DNA of 64,000 nt from an uncultured Actinomycetota bacterium (GTDB lineage: Bacteria; Actinomycetota; Actinomycetes; Mycobacteriales; Mycobacteriaceae): the NCBI GenBank assembly GCA_963846985.1, contig CAWJYC010000012.1:106506-170505 (forward strand). The letters run 5' to 3'. Both the position numbers and the translations under genes were made by a program. Each line of letters begins with the position of its first letter. The stretch's first letter is position 1. This document shows positions 31,872 through 40,771 of this stretch, piece after piece. Under the pieces are notes generated by a model that saw only the letters and a list, made by a program, of their open reading frames with translations, was not told the origin of the DNA and made no database searches.

Positions 31872-32510
31872 TCAGGACGTCTTTGGTGAGAGCGCTCGCA
31901 GGCAGAACTCGTAGATGTGACTGCCGTCGAGCGGGGTGCCGTTGAGTTCGGCGCCTAGGACGCGCAGGCGCATGGCACCGAGGACCGATTGCATGATCAG
32001 CGTCGCGGTCGGGTCGACGTCGACGGCGGGGTCGAACGACCCGTCGCGCACTCCGCGCTCGATGATGTCCTTGATCAGGACGTTCACCGGCGCCAGCACT
32101 CGGGCATACTCGCGCGGCATCGTCTCGGCCAGGTGGTCGTTGTAGAACGTTAGGCCGCGGTTGATGCTGTCCTGCGTGGTCGAGGCCGCGGGTGCGCTGA
32201 TCTTGGCGATCAGCAAGCGCAACGCCTCGGCGGCCACCAGCGCGTCGGTCTCGGCGCGCCAGCGCAGCGTCGATTCGCTCATGATCCTGTCGACGAGCGC
32301 CAAAAGCAGTTCGTCCTTGGTCGAGAAGTGTTGGTAGAACGATCGCAGCGACGTCTTGGACCGTTCGACCACCTCGAGCACCGTGAAGTCGGTTCGGCCG
32401 GTCTCGCCGAGAATGGACAACGCCGACCGCATGAAGCGGCTCGCCCGGGACTCCTCCGCGACATCCGCCTCCCCGGCGTCCGCCGTCGGCCGCTCGGTCG
32501 CCTTCGCCAC
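31872..32510 (-). CDS. TetR family regulator
   Basis: DFTVLEVVERSKTSLRSFYQHFSTKDELL HTH. Confidence 0.9.
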   Translation of the reverse strand: MAKATERPTADAGEADVAEESRASRFMRSALSILGETGRTDFTVLEVVERSKTSLRSFYQHFSTKDELLLALVDRIMSESTLRWRAETDALVAAEALRLLIAKISAPAASTTQDSINRGLTFYNDHLAETMPREYARVLAPVNVLIKDIIERGVRDGSFDPAVDVDPTATLIMQSVLGAMRLRVLGAELNGTPLDGSHIYEFCLRALSPKTS

Positions 32511-32571
32511 GAGAACGACGTTACCGTTTCGGTAGAACCGGCGGTGCGGTTGCCGCTAAGGTGACGCACCG

Positions 32572-33450
32572 ATGACCGAATGGTTTCTGTTCCTGCCCCA
32601 GGTGCGGCTCGGAATCCCCGAGATCGTCAGGCGCGCGCGGGCGGCGGAGGCTGCCGGCTTCAACGGCATCGCCCTGATCGACCACCTCGAGGCGCCCGGC
32701 GCCGTGCACCAGGGAATCTGGGAGGCGATGACCGTGGCGACGTGGGTCGCCGCGCACACCGAGCGGTTGCGGATCGGGCACCTGGTGTTGTGCGACGCGT
32801 TCCGCCATCCCGCGGTGCTGGCCAAGGAGGCGGTGACCCTGGCCGCTGCGTCGGGAGACCGGTTCGAACTCGGACTTGGCTGGGGCTCGTGGCCGCAAGA
32901 ATTCGAGCGGTTCGGGTTGGCCGACGGCGACGATCCGCCCGCCCGCGTCGCCCGGCTCAGACGCACCCTCGGCCTGCTCCGCCAGTACTGGGGCGAGGCC
33001 GACGCCGACGGGGTGGTCCAAGAACCGCGGCCGGAACGTCGAATTCCCTTGGTGCTGGGCGGAACTGGTAAGAAGACGATGGACCTGGTGCGTGAGTTCG
33101 CCAACTGGTGGAACGTTCCCTCTCACCAACTCGACCGGCTGCCGGAGTTGTTGCCGACCGTCGGCGACGTCCGCGTGTCCATTCAACAAATGGTCGGATT
33201 CATCGGTGCAGCCGCCGATCGCGACGAGGTGACGGCCGTCAGCACCCGCCGCTTCGGGCACCTGGGCAGTGGCCTGGTCTGTGGGGACGCGACCGAACTG
33301 GGCGAGCACTTCGCCGCCATGTCAGACCGCGGCGTGGAGCGTTTCTACGTCTGGTTCGCCGATTTCGCCGAACCCGCGACGCTCGCCGAGTTCGCCGAGA
33401 ACGTCATCGCACGGCACGAATCAACCCGAGAGGCACGATATGTCGATTGA
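32572..33450 (+). CDS. LLM-class flavin/F420-dependent oxidoreductase
   Basis: AEAAGF..DH, TERLRIG, RHPAVLAK, SGDRFELGLG. Confidence 0.9.
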   Translation: MTEWFLFLPQVRLGIPEIVRRARAAEAAGFNGIALIDHLEAPGAVHQGIWEAMTVATWVAAHTERLRIGHLVLCDAFRHPAVLAKEAVTLAAASGDRFELGLGWGSWPQEFERFGLADGDDPPARVARLRRTLGLLRQYWGEADADGVVQEPRPERRIPLVLGGTGKKTMDLVREFANWWNVPSHQLDRLPELLPTVGDVRVSIQQMVGFIGAAADRDEVTAVSTRRFGHLGSGLVCGDATELGEHFAAMSDRGVERFYVWFADFAEPATLAEFAENVIARHESTREARYVD

Positions 33451-34321
33451 CTCCGACCAGGCCGAGTGGACGGTCGAAGGGCTGCTCGAGCTCTTCGACG
33501 TGCAGCCCGACGGCGCCGACCGCTTCATCGGTCAGAGCGGCATTGCAGCCGCCGACGAGCGGCAGGTGGTGGAGGGCACCCAGGTGTTGGCACAGGCAAT
33601 CGTGGCTGCGGGCAAGCGCTTTCCCGAGAAGTCCGTCCGGTCGGCGTCCGCGGTCTTCGCCCGTGCCGTCGTCGTCGGCCCGCCGGTCGAGCTGAGTGTC
33701 GACGTCGTCGCCGAAGGCCGAACCACGGCGACGGCGGTCATCGCGGCGTCGCAGAACGGCAAGCGCTGCATCACCGTCACGGTGCTGGCAGACGTGCCGT
33801 CGCCGGACGTCATCCGGCATCACCTGCCCAGACCGGACGTCGCGGCGCCCGCCGAGGCCAACGTCTCGCAGATGCCGATGGCCGGACGTCAACTCCGGCT
33901 CGTCGACGTGGTCGACGTCAACAGCCCCGACGAGGTCGGACCGCCGGAGTTGCATGCCTGGTTGCACTACGAGCCGATTCCGAGTCGGGACGAACTGGCC
34001 AAGGCATTGATCGCGTATTTCACTGGACACCTTGGCATTTCGACGACTATGCGCGCGCACCCTGGCATCGGCACCGCGCAATCGCATTTGACGGTGTCGA
34101 CCGCACCGATGACCATCTCGGTGAGCTTCCACGAGCCGTTCGCGTGGGACGGCTGGATCCTGTACGCCCACGAGAGCACCCAGGTGGGCGCCGGCATGTC
34201 CTACGTCCGGGGCACGGTCCACACCGAGGCGGGTGAGCTGCTCGCCTCGTTCAGTCAGGACGCTCTGATCCGGCCGCTGCGGACCACCGACACGTCGATC
34301 GCGGCGGAGTCCCGCCTCTAA
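33440..34321 (+). CDS. Acyl-CoA thioesterase II-like (double hotdog)
   Basis: VEGTQVLAQAI, ISVSFH, GELLASFSQDALIR. Confidence 0.85.
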   Translation: MSIDSDQAEWTVEGLLELFDVQPDGADRFIGQSGIAAADERQVVEGTQVLAQAIVAAGKRFPEKSVRSASAVFARAVVVGPPVELSVDVVAEGRTTATAVIAASQNGKRCITVTVLADVPSPDVIRHHLPRPDVAAPAEANVSQMPMAGRQLRLVDVVDVNSPDEVGPPELHAWLHYEPIPSRDELAKALIAYFTGHLGISTTMRAHPGIGTAQSHLTVSTAPMTISVSFHEPFAWDGWILYAHESTQVGAGMSYVRGTVHTEAGELLASFSQDALIRPLRTTDTSIAAESRL

Positions 34322-34343
34322 CCCCGCCTCTAACCCCGCCTCT
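34311..34343 (+). repeat. 12-bp tandem repeat (CCCGCCTCTAAC, about 2.75 copies) spanning the thioesterase stop
   Basis: cccgcctctaac cccgcctctaac cccgcctct. Confidence 0.85.
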
Positions 34344-34362
34344 GGTCCCCGCCGAACGTGCG

Positions 34363-34897
34363 TCAGGCCGACAGCGGCTTGGCCACGTCCCACGCGTGGT
34401 GGACGACGTCGTGCAGGTGATACTGGGCGATCGTCGCGATCGTGAATTCGCTTTCGTTGCTTCGCAATCCGCGTCGAGACCAGGCCGTCTGGCGGCACCG
34501 CGCCGTACGCGTCCGCGACGGTTGCGGCGGTCCGTTGGAGTTCCGCCGCGACGACGGCCGGGTCCTGCGAGCCGTAGTCCTCGACGAGTGCGGTCTCGTC
34601 CTGATCCCAATCGGGAAACTGCGGATCGTCCTCGGCCAGCATCAGGCGAACGCGCTCGGCGAACACCCGGTGCACGTCGCGGACGTGGCAGCCGTACTCC
34701 AGCACCGACCACACCCCCGGCGCGGGTCGGGCGGCCACCGACGCGTCGGCCAGTCTGGCCGTCCAACCGATGGCGTCCTGCCGGATCCGGTCGGCGACGT
34801 CGACGGGTCGTACTGCTCCGGCGTCGTAGCCGCAGTCCGGACAGGGTTCCTGCAGCACCCAGGTCCAGTCCTTGGTGTCCGGTTCGATGCCGGTCAT
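34363..34897 (-). pseudogene. DinB/YfiT-family protein, frameshifted (+1) at about 34485
   Basis: DTKDWTWVL..CPDCG, WSVLEYGCHVRD, WDQD in frame; C-terminus AWSRRGLRSNESEFT...HDVVHH in another frame; span 535 nt = 3n+1. Confidence 0.8.
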
Positions 34898-34898
34898 C

Positions 34899-35804
34899 TC
34901 ACTCGTGCAGATCCTGCGCCGAGAAGGTGTCGCACTGCTTCACGTCGCCGGTGCGATAGCCCTCGGTAAACCAGTACTGCCGCGCTGCGGAGGAACCATG
35001 GGTCCAGGACTCGGGGTTGACCTGCCCGGTCGCCGACTTCTGGATCCGGTCGTCGCCGACCGAAGCGGCCGCAGAGAGCGCGTCTCCGATGTCCTGATCG
35101 GTCAACGGCTTCAGGTAGGTGACGTCGGTGCCCGGCTGCTTGGTGATCGCCGCGTAGTGCGCCCAGATACCGCCGTAGCAGTCGGCTTGCAGTTCGGTGC
35201 GCACGCTGTTGCCCTCCGCGCCGCCGGGACCCTGCTGCGCGCGGCCGATGGTGCCCTGCAGGTCCTGGACGTGGTGGCCGAACTCGTGGGCGACGACGTA
35301 CTCCTGCGCCAACGGGCCACCGCTGGAACCGAACTTGTCGACCAGTTCGGCGAAGAAGGACGTGTCGAAGTACGCCGTGCCGTCGCCGGGGCAGTAGAAC
35401 GGGCCGACGTCGGTGGTGGCCGGCCCACACGCGGTCTGTACCTGATTCTTGAAGAGTCGAACCTTGGGCCGGGTGTAGCCGGGCAGCAACTGTGCCCACA
35501 CGCCGTCGACCGAGTTACCCGTCGCCACCACCCGGCATTCGACGATGTTGTTGGCGTCCGCGCCGGTCTTGCACTGGCTCAGGTCGAATCCCGGTGCACT
35601 GACGCCAGGATTGCCGTATTGCCCGGCGCCGGTGCCGCCTTGGGGGAGCACGGTGCCGGGGTCCACGCCGAGGAAGAGGGCGACCACGACGACCAGCAGG
35701 CCGCCGATGCCGCCACCGACCGCGATGCCGCGGCCGCCGCCCCCTCCACCGCTCGACGACGAGGTGCTCGTGTCGATCTGCATACCTTCGTTGAAGGTCA
35801 TCAC
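34899..35804 (-). CDS. Neutral zinc metallopeptidase (YpfJ/Rv2575-like)
   Basis: GPFYCPGD, AHEFGHHVQ, ELQADC, THGSS. Confidence 0.93.
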   Translation of the reverse strand: MMTFNEGMQIDTSTSSSSGGGGGGRGIAVGGGIGGLLVVVVALFLGVDPGTVLPQGGTGAGQYGNPGVSAPGFDLSQCKTGADANNIVECRVVATGNSVDGVWAQLLPGYTRPKVRLFKNQVQTACGPATTDVGPFYCPGDGTAYFDTSFFAELVDKFGSSGGPLAQEYVVAHEFGHHVQDLQGTIGRAQQGPGGAEGNSVRTELQADCYGGIWAHYAAITKQPGTDVTYLKPLTDQDIGDALSAAASVGDDRIQKSATGQVNPESWTHGSSAARQYWFTEGYRTGDVKQCDTFSAQDLHE

Positions 35805-35875
35805 TCACCCCGTCCGTCGACCCCGCAGATGGTTCCACGCCAGCCGGTTCAGCTTCCCACACTACGATTCGTGCG

Positions 35876-37363
35876 GTGGCCGCCCAGCGCGAAACCGTGG
35901 AAGCTCCGACCGTCGCGCACACGTCGTACGGGGAGTTGCGCGGCAGCACCGACGGCGGCGTCAACGTCTGGCGGGGGATCGCCTACGCCGAGCAACCGGT
36001 GGGCGATCGCCGCTTCCGGGCGCCGACGCCACCCGAGCCGTGGGGCGGCATCCGCGACGCCGTCGAGCACGGTCCGCTACCACCGCAGGGCCGGTCCTTC
36101 GTCGGCGGTGGACGAGACGACCCGAAGGTGCGCGACGAGGCGTGCCTGACGCTCACGGTGTGGTCGCCGGACCCCGGCGGCTCGCTGCCCGTGATGGTGT
36201 GGATACCAGGGGGCGCCTTCGTGTACGGCGCGGGTCAGCTGCAGCTCTACAACGGCAGCCGACTGGCGGCCAACGGCAACGTCGTCGTGGTCAACGTGAC
36301 CTACCGGCTCGGTGTGTTCGGCGGCTTCGAACTCGGCGACCTCGGCCCCGGGTTCGACGACAACCTCGCCCTGCGCGACCAGGTGGCGGCACTGCAGTGG
36401 GTGCGCGACAACGTCCACGCCTTCGGCGGCGATCCCGACCAGGTCACCGTGTTCGGCGAATCAGCCGGTGCCACTTCGGTGTTGGCGATGTTGGCCAGCC
36501 CACTCGCCGAGGGGCTGTTCAGCCGCGCGATCGCCCAGAGCCCGGCATTGCCCCTGATCGCCGATCGCGAGACCCGGGCGCGGCAGGCCCGGGCGTTCGT
36601 CGAGCGGCTCGGGGTGTCGATCGACGAGGTGCGGTCGCTGCCGCAGCGGCGGCTTCGTCAGGCCGCGGGCCAGCTTCAGCGGGACAGCGTCGCGCATACG
36701 CCCACGCTGGCGTACGGGTTGACCCACGGCGTCGACTCCCTGCCGCGACATCCGATCGACGCCGCGCGGCGCGGGACGATCGCGACGATCCCGCTGATCA
36801 TCGGGAGCAACAGTCACGAGGCCTCGATGTTCGCGTGGGGCAGGCCGCCGATGTTGCCGACCACCCAACCGCTCGTCGACGACTACTTCGCGCGCACGGC
36901 ACCCGACGCCCGGGACCGGGTGCTGTCCGCCTACCCGGACCATCCCCGGCGCCGAGCCCTCGTCGCGCTGGGGTCGGACGCGATGTTCTGTGCTCCCGCT
37001 TGGGCTTTCGCCGACGCTCATTCCGCGCACGCGCCCACCTACGTGTACCGCTTCGACCACGCCGCCTGGAGCTTGCGACTGCTCGGGCTGGGGGCGACGC
37101 ACGGCAGCGAGATCGTCCACGTCCAGCACAGCTATGGCTCATACCTGGGCCGCAAGGTTCATCCCCTCGGCAGGCGGGTGCAGCCGTCGGTCGGCAGACG
37201 CATGCAGCGGACCTGGCTGGACTTCGCGACCGGCGGGCTCGGCGAGGAGTGGCCCCGCTACGAAATGCCGTCGCGACTGACGCGGGTGATCCGGTCCACC
37301 CGCGACGACACCGTGCCCGACCCGGACTCCGCCAGGCGATCGGCGTGGGAGGGGCTCTACTGA
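35876..37363 (+). CDS. Type-B carboxylesterase
   Basis: GIAYA, PGGAF, YRLG, FGGDPDQVTVFGESAG; probably leaderless (TACGAT-N7-GTG). Confidence 0.93.
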   Translation: MAAQRETVEAPTVAHTSYGELRGSTDGGVNVWRGIAYAEQPVGDRRFRAPTPPEPWGGIRDAVEHGPLPPQGRSFVGGGRDDPKVRDEACLTLTVWSPDPGGSLPVMVWIPGGAFVYGAGQLQLYNGSRLAANGNVVVVNVTYRLGVFGGFELGDLGPGFDDNLALRDQVAALQWVRDNVHAFGGDPDQVTVFGESAGATSVLAMLASPLAEGLFSRAIAQSPALPLIADRETRARQARAFVERLGVSIDEVRSLPQRRLRQAAGQLQRDSVAHTPTLAYGLTHGVDSLPRHPIDAARRGTIATIPLIIGSNSHEASMFAWGRPPMLPTTQPLVDDYFARTAPDARDRVLSAYPDHPRRRALVALGSDAMFCAPAWAFADAHSAHAPTYVYRFDHAAWSLRLLGLGATHGSEIVHVQHSYGSYLGRKVHPLGRRVQPSVGRRMQRTWLDFATGGLGEEWPRYEMPSRLTRVIRSTRDDTVPDPDSARRSAWEGLY

Positions 37364-37437
37364 TGTCCTCGGGTTGGGCACCATGCCCGGCACTACACTG
37401 AGGCGTTCGTTCGACAGGCCATTCCCAGGGAGTTTTC

Positions 37438-39213
37438 GTGTTGCGCAGTCATGCCGCCGGTTCGTTGCGGTCCACCGATGCCGGCCAGAAGGTCACATTG
37501 GCCGGTTGGGTGGCGCGTCGGCGTGATCATGGCGGGGTGATCTTCATCGACCTGCGCGACGCATCCGGGATCAGTCAGGTGGTGTTCCGCGATGCCGAGG
37601 TGCTGGCCCAGGCGCACCGGCTGCGGGCCGAATTCTGCATCGCCGTCGAGGGAATCGTGGAGGTCCGGCCCGAGGGCAACGCCAACACCGACATCCCCAC
37701 CGGTGACATCGAGGTCAACGCGTCGTCGCTGACCGTATTGAGCGAGAGTGCGCCGCTGCCCTTCCAACTCGACGAGACCCCGGGCGAGGAGGCCAGGCTC
37801 AAGTACCGCTATCTGGACTTGCGCCGCGAGGGTCCGGGCAACGCCCTTCGGCTGCGGTCTCGGGTGAACGCCGCGGCACGCGGCGTGCTGGCCGGCCACG
37901 ACTTCGTCGAGATCGAGACGCCGACGCTGACCAGGTCGACGCCCGAGGGAGCGCGGGACTTCCTGGTACCCGCGCGCCTGCAGCCGGGTTCGTTCTACGC
38001 GCTGCCGCAGAGCCCGCAGTTGTTCAAGCAGTTGCTGATGGTGGCGGGCATGGAGCGCTACTACCAGATCGCCCGCTGCTATCGAGACGAAGACTTCCGC
38101 GCCGACCGTCAGCCGGAGTTCACCCAGCTCGACATGGAGATGAGCTTCGTCGACGCCGATGACGTCATCGCGGTGTCCGAGGAGGTGCTCAAGGCCCTCT
38201 GGGCGCTCATCGGCCACGAGTTGCCGACGCCGATTCCACGCATCACCTACGACGAGGCGATGCGACGGTTCGGTTCCGACAAGCCCGACCTGCGTTTCGG
38301 AATCGAACTCATCGACTGCACGGAGTACTTCTCCCAGACCACCTTTCGCGTGTTTCAGGCACCGCACGTCGGCGCCGTCGTCATGCCGGGTGGTGCTTCG
38401 CAGCCGCGCCGCACGCTCGACGGCTGGCAGGAGTTCGCCAAGCAACGCGGGCACAGGGGGTTGGCGTACGTGCTCGTCGCCGAGGACGGCACACTGGGCG
38501 GCCCGGTCGCCAAGAACCTGACCGACGCGGAGCGCGACGGCCTCGCCGGCCACGTCGGCGCGGCCCCAGGAGATTGCATCTTCTTCGCGGCTGGCCCGGT
38601 GAAGTCGGCGCGAGCGCTGCTGGGCGCCACGCGCATCGAGATCGCCAAGCGGCTCGACATGATCGACCCGACGGCGTGGGCGTTCACCTGGGTGGTCGAC
38701 TGGCCGCTCTTCGAACCCGCCGACGACGCCACGGCGTCCGGTGACGTCGCCGTCGGATCGGGAGCGTGGACGGCCGTGCACCACGCGTTCACCTCACCCA
38801 AGCCCGAATCGGAGTCGACGTTCGACACCGATCCCGGCAGTGCGCTGGCCAACGCCTACGACATCGTCTGCAACGGCAACGAGATCGGCGGTGGGTCCAT
38901 CCGCATCCATCGTCGCGACGTCCAGGAACGGGTGTTCGCGATGATGGGCATCGATCATGACGAGGCTCAGGACAAGTTCGGATTCTTGTTGGATGCCTTC
39001 ACCTTTGGCGCGCCACCCCACGGCGGCATCGCCTTCGGCTGGGATCGCATCACGGCGCTGCTGGCCGGTACCGACTCCATTCGTGAGGTGATTGCGTTCC
39101 CGAAGTCGGGTGGCGGGGTGGACCCGCTGACCGACGCGCCTGCTCCGATCACCGCCCAGCAGCGCAAGGAATCGGGAATAGACGCCAAGCCGAAGGCCTT
39201 GACTGAGTCGTGA
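37438..39213 (+). CDS. aspS: Aspartate--tRNA ligase
   Basis: [44 protein letters not shown]. Confidence 0.98.
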   Translation: MLRSHAAGSLRSTDAGQKVTLAGWVARRRDHGGVIFIDLRDASGISQVVFRDAEVLAQAHRLRAEFCIAVEGIVEVRPEGNANTDIPTGDIEVNASSLTVLSESAPLPFQLDETPGEEARLKYRYLDLRREGPGNALRLRSRVNAAARGVLAGHDFVEIETPTLTRSTPEGARDFLVPARLQPGSFYALPQSPQLFKQLLMVAGMERYYQIARCYRDEDFRADRQPEFTQLDMEMSFVDADDVIAVSEEVLKALWALIGHELPTPIPRITYDEAMRRFGSDKPDLRFGIELIDCTEYFSQTTFRVFQAPHVGAVVMPGGASQPRRTLDGWQEFAKQRGHRGLAYVLVAEDGTLGGPVAKNLTDAERDGLAGHVGAAPGDCIFFAAGPVKSARALLGATRIEIAKRLDMIDPTAWAFTWVVDWPLFEPADDATASGDVAVGSGAWTAVHHAFTSPKPESESTFDTDPGSALANAYDIVCNGNEIGGGSIRIHRRDVQERVFAMMGIDHDEAQDKFGFLLDAFTFGAPPHGGIAFGWDRITALLAGTDSIREVIAFPKSGGGVDPLTDAPAPITAQQRKESGIDAKPKALTES

Positions 39214-39659
39214 GCGACATCGACAGAGGGAAACTGGTGGCCGACGCCGACGCGCTCGGGGACTTCAACAAGGCCATCGTGGACGAATTTCGCACCAACG
39301 GCGGCAAGGTGGGTGGACCGTTCGAGGGCGGCACGCTTCTGCTGCTGCACACGATCGGCGCCAAGTCGGGGCAGCCGCGACTGTCGCCGCTGGCTTACCT
39401 CACCGTCGACGGCAGAATGCTGATCGTCGGGTCATACGCCGGGGCCCCCAGGGATCCGGCCTGGGTGCACAACCTTCGGGCCAATCGGACGGCGCGCATC
39501 GAGGTGGGTACCGAGTCCTACGACGTCGACGTCCGGGAACTGCCCGACGACGAGCGCGAGGCGATCTACCCGAAGATCACCGAGGCCGCCCCGGTGTTCG
39601 CCGACTACCAGGCCAGGACCACCCGCTCGATCCCGCTCTTCGAGCTGACGCGCGCCTAG
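39210..39659 (+). CDS. Deazaflavin (F420)-dependent nitroreductase/quinone reductase family protein
   Basis: [40 protein letters not shown]. Confidence 0.9.
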   Translation: MSDIDRGKLVADADALGDFNKAIVDEFRTNGGKVGGPFEGGTLLLLHTIGAKSGQPRLSPLAYLTVDGRMLIVGSYAGAPRDPAWVHNLRANRTARIEVGTESYDVDVRELPDDEREAIYPKITEAAPVFADYQARTTRSIPLFELTRA

Positions 39660-39958
39660 CCCGATCCGGTCGGAGACGGCCGGGACGACATGCTGGAGTC
39701 GGGCGGCGGCGAGGTCTTCGGCGCGGTATCGGGCGGCGTCGTGCCCGCCGACGTGGTTGGCGCGATGCTGACTTCGTTGTCGTAGTCGTAGTCGTTGTCG
39801 TCGTCGTTGCTCTGCTTGTCGCTGGCGTAGCCGGCAAGCATTGCGATGGTGGCGGCGGCGGGGGACAGGGCCAGCAAGCCGAAACGGCCCGCGCGGTGGA
39901 GGGTGGTCACCGCCGAGGCACATCCCAGAAGTCGGTGAGCAAATCTCCTATGAGCCAC
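39656..39958 (-). pseudogene. Probable decayed Thr/Pro-rich lipoprotein
   Basis: Signal-like segment ending LAGY instead of LAGC; 11 Thr codons (39775-39807) lie out of frame. Confidence 0.45.
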
Positions 39959-40069
39959 TGGTGACGCGTGTTAGCTAAGCTAGTGGACCCCGAAGAAAAG
40001 CTTTACCCGATCTTGACCATGTGTTGAATCAGCTCACCGACGATAGCTAACGTGACTAGCCTTCACCTG

Positions 40070-40771
40070 GTGGAACTCGGGGTTTTGGGACCTCTTCAGG
40101 TCCGGCGGAACGGTGCGCCGGTCTTGATTCCGGGCGCCAAGCCACGTGCCATCCTGACGATGCTCGGGTTGCACGGTGGTGCTGTCGTGTCCGCGGAGAC
40201 GTTCTTCGAGTTGCTCTGGGGCGAGCATCCGCCCCGCACAGCTGCGAAGGCCCTGCAGACCCACATCTCGTCGCTGCGTCGAGTGTTGGGCGACGGGTTC
40301 GTTCTCACGAAGGGGGCGGGTTGGGCCCTGGCCGAGAGCGAGCTTGATGCGTCGCGTTACAGATCGGCCGCCCGACTGGGACGCGATGCCGCTGCCGCCG
40401 GTGACATCAGCCAGGCGGCGGCCTGCTTCGAGGAGGCACTTGCCCTGTGGCGAGGGGTCCCCGAACTGCCGGATGGCCGGCGCGGAACGTCGGAGAAGAC
40501 TAGATGGGTCGAGGGCCATGCCGCGCTGGTGGAGGATCGGGCCGATGCGCTGCTGGCAACGGGCCGCGCCGGAGAGCTGGTCGGAGACCTCGAGGCCGCG
40601 GTGGCCGATGCGCCGCTGCGCGAAAGGCGTTGGGGCCAGCTGATGCTCGCGCTGTACCGCGCCGGCAGACAGGGTGATGCTCTCAGCGCTTATCAACGGG
40701 CACGGACTTGTTGGCCGACGAATTGGGAGTCGATCCCGGGCCGGAGCTTCGTCGACTCGAGACGGCGATAG
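40070..40771 (+). CDS. N-terminal part of giant regulator: SARP/AfsR-type wHTH + BTAD (frameshifted at about 40708)
   Basis: MELGVLGPLQV, LQTHISSLRRVL, ALALWRG, PLRER.WGQLMLALYRAGRQ.DAL.AYQRAR; TAGCCT-N7-GTG suggests a leaderless start (ORF track uses 40052). Confidence 0.88.
   Translation: MELGVLGPLQVRRNGAPVLIPGAKPRAILTMLGLHGGAVVSAETFFELLWGEHPPRTAAKALQTHISSLRRVLGDGFVLTKGAGWALAESELDASRYRSAARLGRDAAAAGDISQAAACFEEALALWRGVPELPDGRRGTSEKTRWVEGHAALVEDRADALLATGRAGELVGDLEAAVADAPLRERRWGQLMLALYRAGRQGDALSAYQRARTCWPTNWESIPGRSFVDSRRR

Noticed and set aside
33404-34362. C-terminal extension of the 497-aa DinB ORF as a novel fusion
   Set aside because: It arises from the +1 frameshift and runs antisense to the thioesterase.
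40697-40720. Programmed -1 ribosomal frameshift
   Set aside because: No slippery heptamer or convincing stimulatory structure; a simple 1-nt deletion or sequencing error is more parsimonious.
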